Assembly (NCBI GenBank): GCA_013265495.1
Contig: MU058645.1
Coordinates: 434,001-498,000, forward strand
Direction: 5' to 3'
Length of the DNA stretch: 64,000 nucleotides
DNA from: Vicugna vicugna
Taxonomy: Eukaryota
Shown: positions 62,120 through 64,000 of the stretch, piece by piece
Position numbering within the stretch: the stretch's first letter is position 1
Layout of the letters: each line of letters opens with the position of its first letter
The notes under the pieces: model-generated
What the model was told of the DNA's origin: nothing
What the model saw: only the letters and a program-made list of their open reading frames with translations
The model's database searches: none
Made by a program: the position numbers and the translations under genes

Positions 62120-63700
62120 TCCATCACGTGTCGGAGACATTCTTCAAGTTAGTAACTGTATCTGCATCATCATTTTTAACGTTACGCAGTGTTCCGTTTT
62201 CTATATATGGCACGTTCGCCACCATTTATTTACTGTATTTTGTAGTTGTTTTGCTACTATAAACAATACTGTTGCAACTATATCCAGATACTTTAGCATA
62301 CCTATGCACTGTCCTTGGGGAATATCGCTAGAAATTTAACGTCTAGGTCAAATGATACGTCACTTTTAAATTGATGTATGATGCCGAACACCTTTTCAGA
62401 GAGGTGTACAGATATCCACTGTTTGCAGTAGTGCAAGCTCATGCACAGTCTTCTAAATCTTCAGTTCTGTTTGGTTCTTTCAGTGTTCTAAATTTTTAGC
62501 AATCAGATGAGCAAGATAATCTAGTTTCTTGGGTTTTATGTTAATATTGTAAGTTCCTGACTGAAATCTCTTACTGTTTCTGATAGTTTGTCAGTTGATT
62601 TCTTATTTTCCAGCTATCCAATCATACAGTCCACAAACACAGACAAGGCAGCCTACAACCTTCTGGTACCTATACTTCTGAATTTGAACTTTTGTCTAAA
62701 TAGCTTAGTTACTTTCCTTATTCCTGGCTTTAATGGGAATACTGTCAGTGCTTTAAAATGCTGCATTGTGCTGGCTTTCAATTCAGATATGCAGTTTTTA
62801 TTATATGTTATCATTGACTTGTTTGATCATTTCAAAAAGGATCATATATATTTTTAAAGTATAGCATAGATACAGAATTTTAGCAAATGCTACTTTCGTA
62901 CTTTTGGGAATGAACATATGATTTTAAGGTTAATTTTATTAATTAAAATTATACAAGTGAAAGAGGCATTCTTTCTTAGAATAACTCATATTTGACTATC
63001 CGTTTACTGCCAATTTTTAAAAAATATTGAATTCGAGATTTTTATTTCAAATTAGATATGAAATTGTCTAGAGTTTGCCTATAACCTTTTGGGGGAGACT
63101 CATGTAATAAAGGTTTGGAGTTAGGCATTGAGTTGAATTCATAAAAATAAATGAGATATCTTTTTCTCTCTGCAAAAGCTTATATAAGAGATTATTGTTT
63201 GGAGATTTGAAAAAAAAGTTCACCCGTGAAACCATCTGAACTTGGCACATTTTTCTGAAATACAGGCTTCTTGACAATGGTTTTAGATTCTTAGGTGCAA
63301 TTTGACTGGCCTGGGTTTTCTTTTTCTTCTTAACTCAGTGTTGATCATTTATATTTTCTGAAAAACTTTTATATTTTATTCAGATTCTGGCTTAGATTCT
63401 TACACTGCCCATCTCCTCACATCGGCAGTTCTTTCTAGTATTTTGTCATTCATCACTTTTTATTGTTTTGTTCGTTTCCCCTAAAGAACCAAATTTTGAG
63501 TATGTCTATCCATTTGATGGTACCTTCACTTTTCAACTGGCTGATTTCTCCTTCTGCCGTTATACACAATTTATTTTCTGGCTTTTGTTCCCCTGAGTAC
63601 AGCTGTAAGTCTATTCTATAATTTTATATTATTTTTATTATAGCTGATGTCTACATAATTTGTCATTGCAGTTGTATTTCTCCTTTTTGCACTGTTTGCT
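62120..63700 (-). mobile_element. Ancient L1ME remnant
   Basis: T-rich strand with L1 antisense motifs (ttgctactataaacaatactg, ccttattcctggctttaatgggaa, ttcacccgtgaaaccatctgaacttgg, taaagaaccaaattttg). Confidence 0.7.
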
Positions 63701-64000
63701 TTTTGTTCTTGTTTTTTTCTGAGGGAAAGAATTTCAACATGCTCAAGGGTCAAGGACATTTTTTCTGTTTCTTCTTCTGATAATTATTTATGGACTTAAC
63801 TGCAGCCTGTGCTAGACACCAGGCTCTGGCCCCGAGAAAGCCTGCGTTTCCCTTCTTACTTCCTCTGGGTCACTTCACCTCCTTCAAGGTGTCACTCAAA
63901 AGGTTCCAGGCCAAGGAGGGAACACATCCAAGCCTGCAGTTGGGAGTGCTGTGGGTCAGGGAGGAGGTCAGCCCTGCCCCCCACACCCACCCTAGCTCCA

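Noticed and set aside
1..64000. CRISPR arrays, operons or other prokaryote-type systems
   Set aside because: Sequence is mammalian; no regularly spaced repeat-spacer array or gene-dense ORF cluster was seen

Overview
Mammalian genomic DNA, most likely camelid (camel/alpaca). The species call rests on two tRNA-Ala(AGC)-derived SINEs and young L1 3' tails that match, from memory, camelid repeats; it is not database-checked. I recognise no intact protein-coding exon. The main genic feature is a CpG-island promoter at ~9.1-9.6 kb with GC boxes, ETS sites and a CTCF-like site, split by a 147-N assembly gap. A minus-strand splice donor at the gap's left edge suggests exon 1 of an unidentified leftward gene lies in the gap, making 1-9.2 kb its intron 1. 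The rest looks intergenic and is dense in old L1M, L2, MIR, MLT1 and MER elements. Most notable: (i) short tracts where ancient repeats are strongly shifted from A/T to G/C, consistent with GC-biased gene conversion; (ii) a perfect 43-bp palindrome centred on an AP-1 site; (iii) a young 5'-inverted (twin-primed) L1 with an exact 15-bp TSD; (iv) a few well-bounded candidate non-coding exons. I found no evidence of a new multi-gene system. Repeat subfamily names are by eye and boundaries are approximate.
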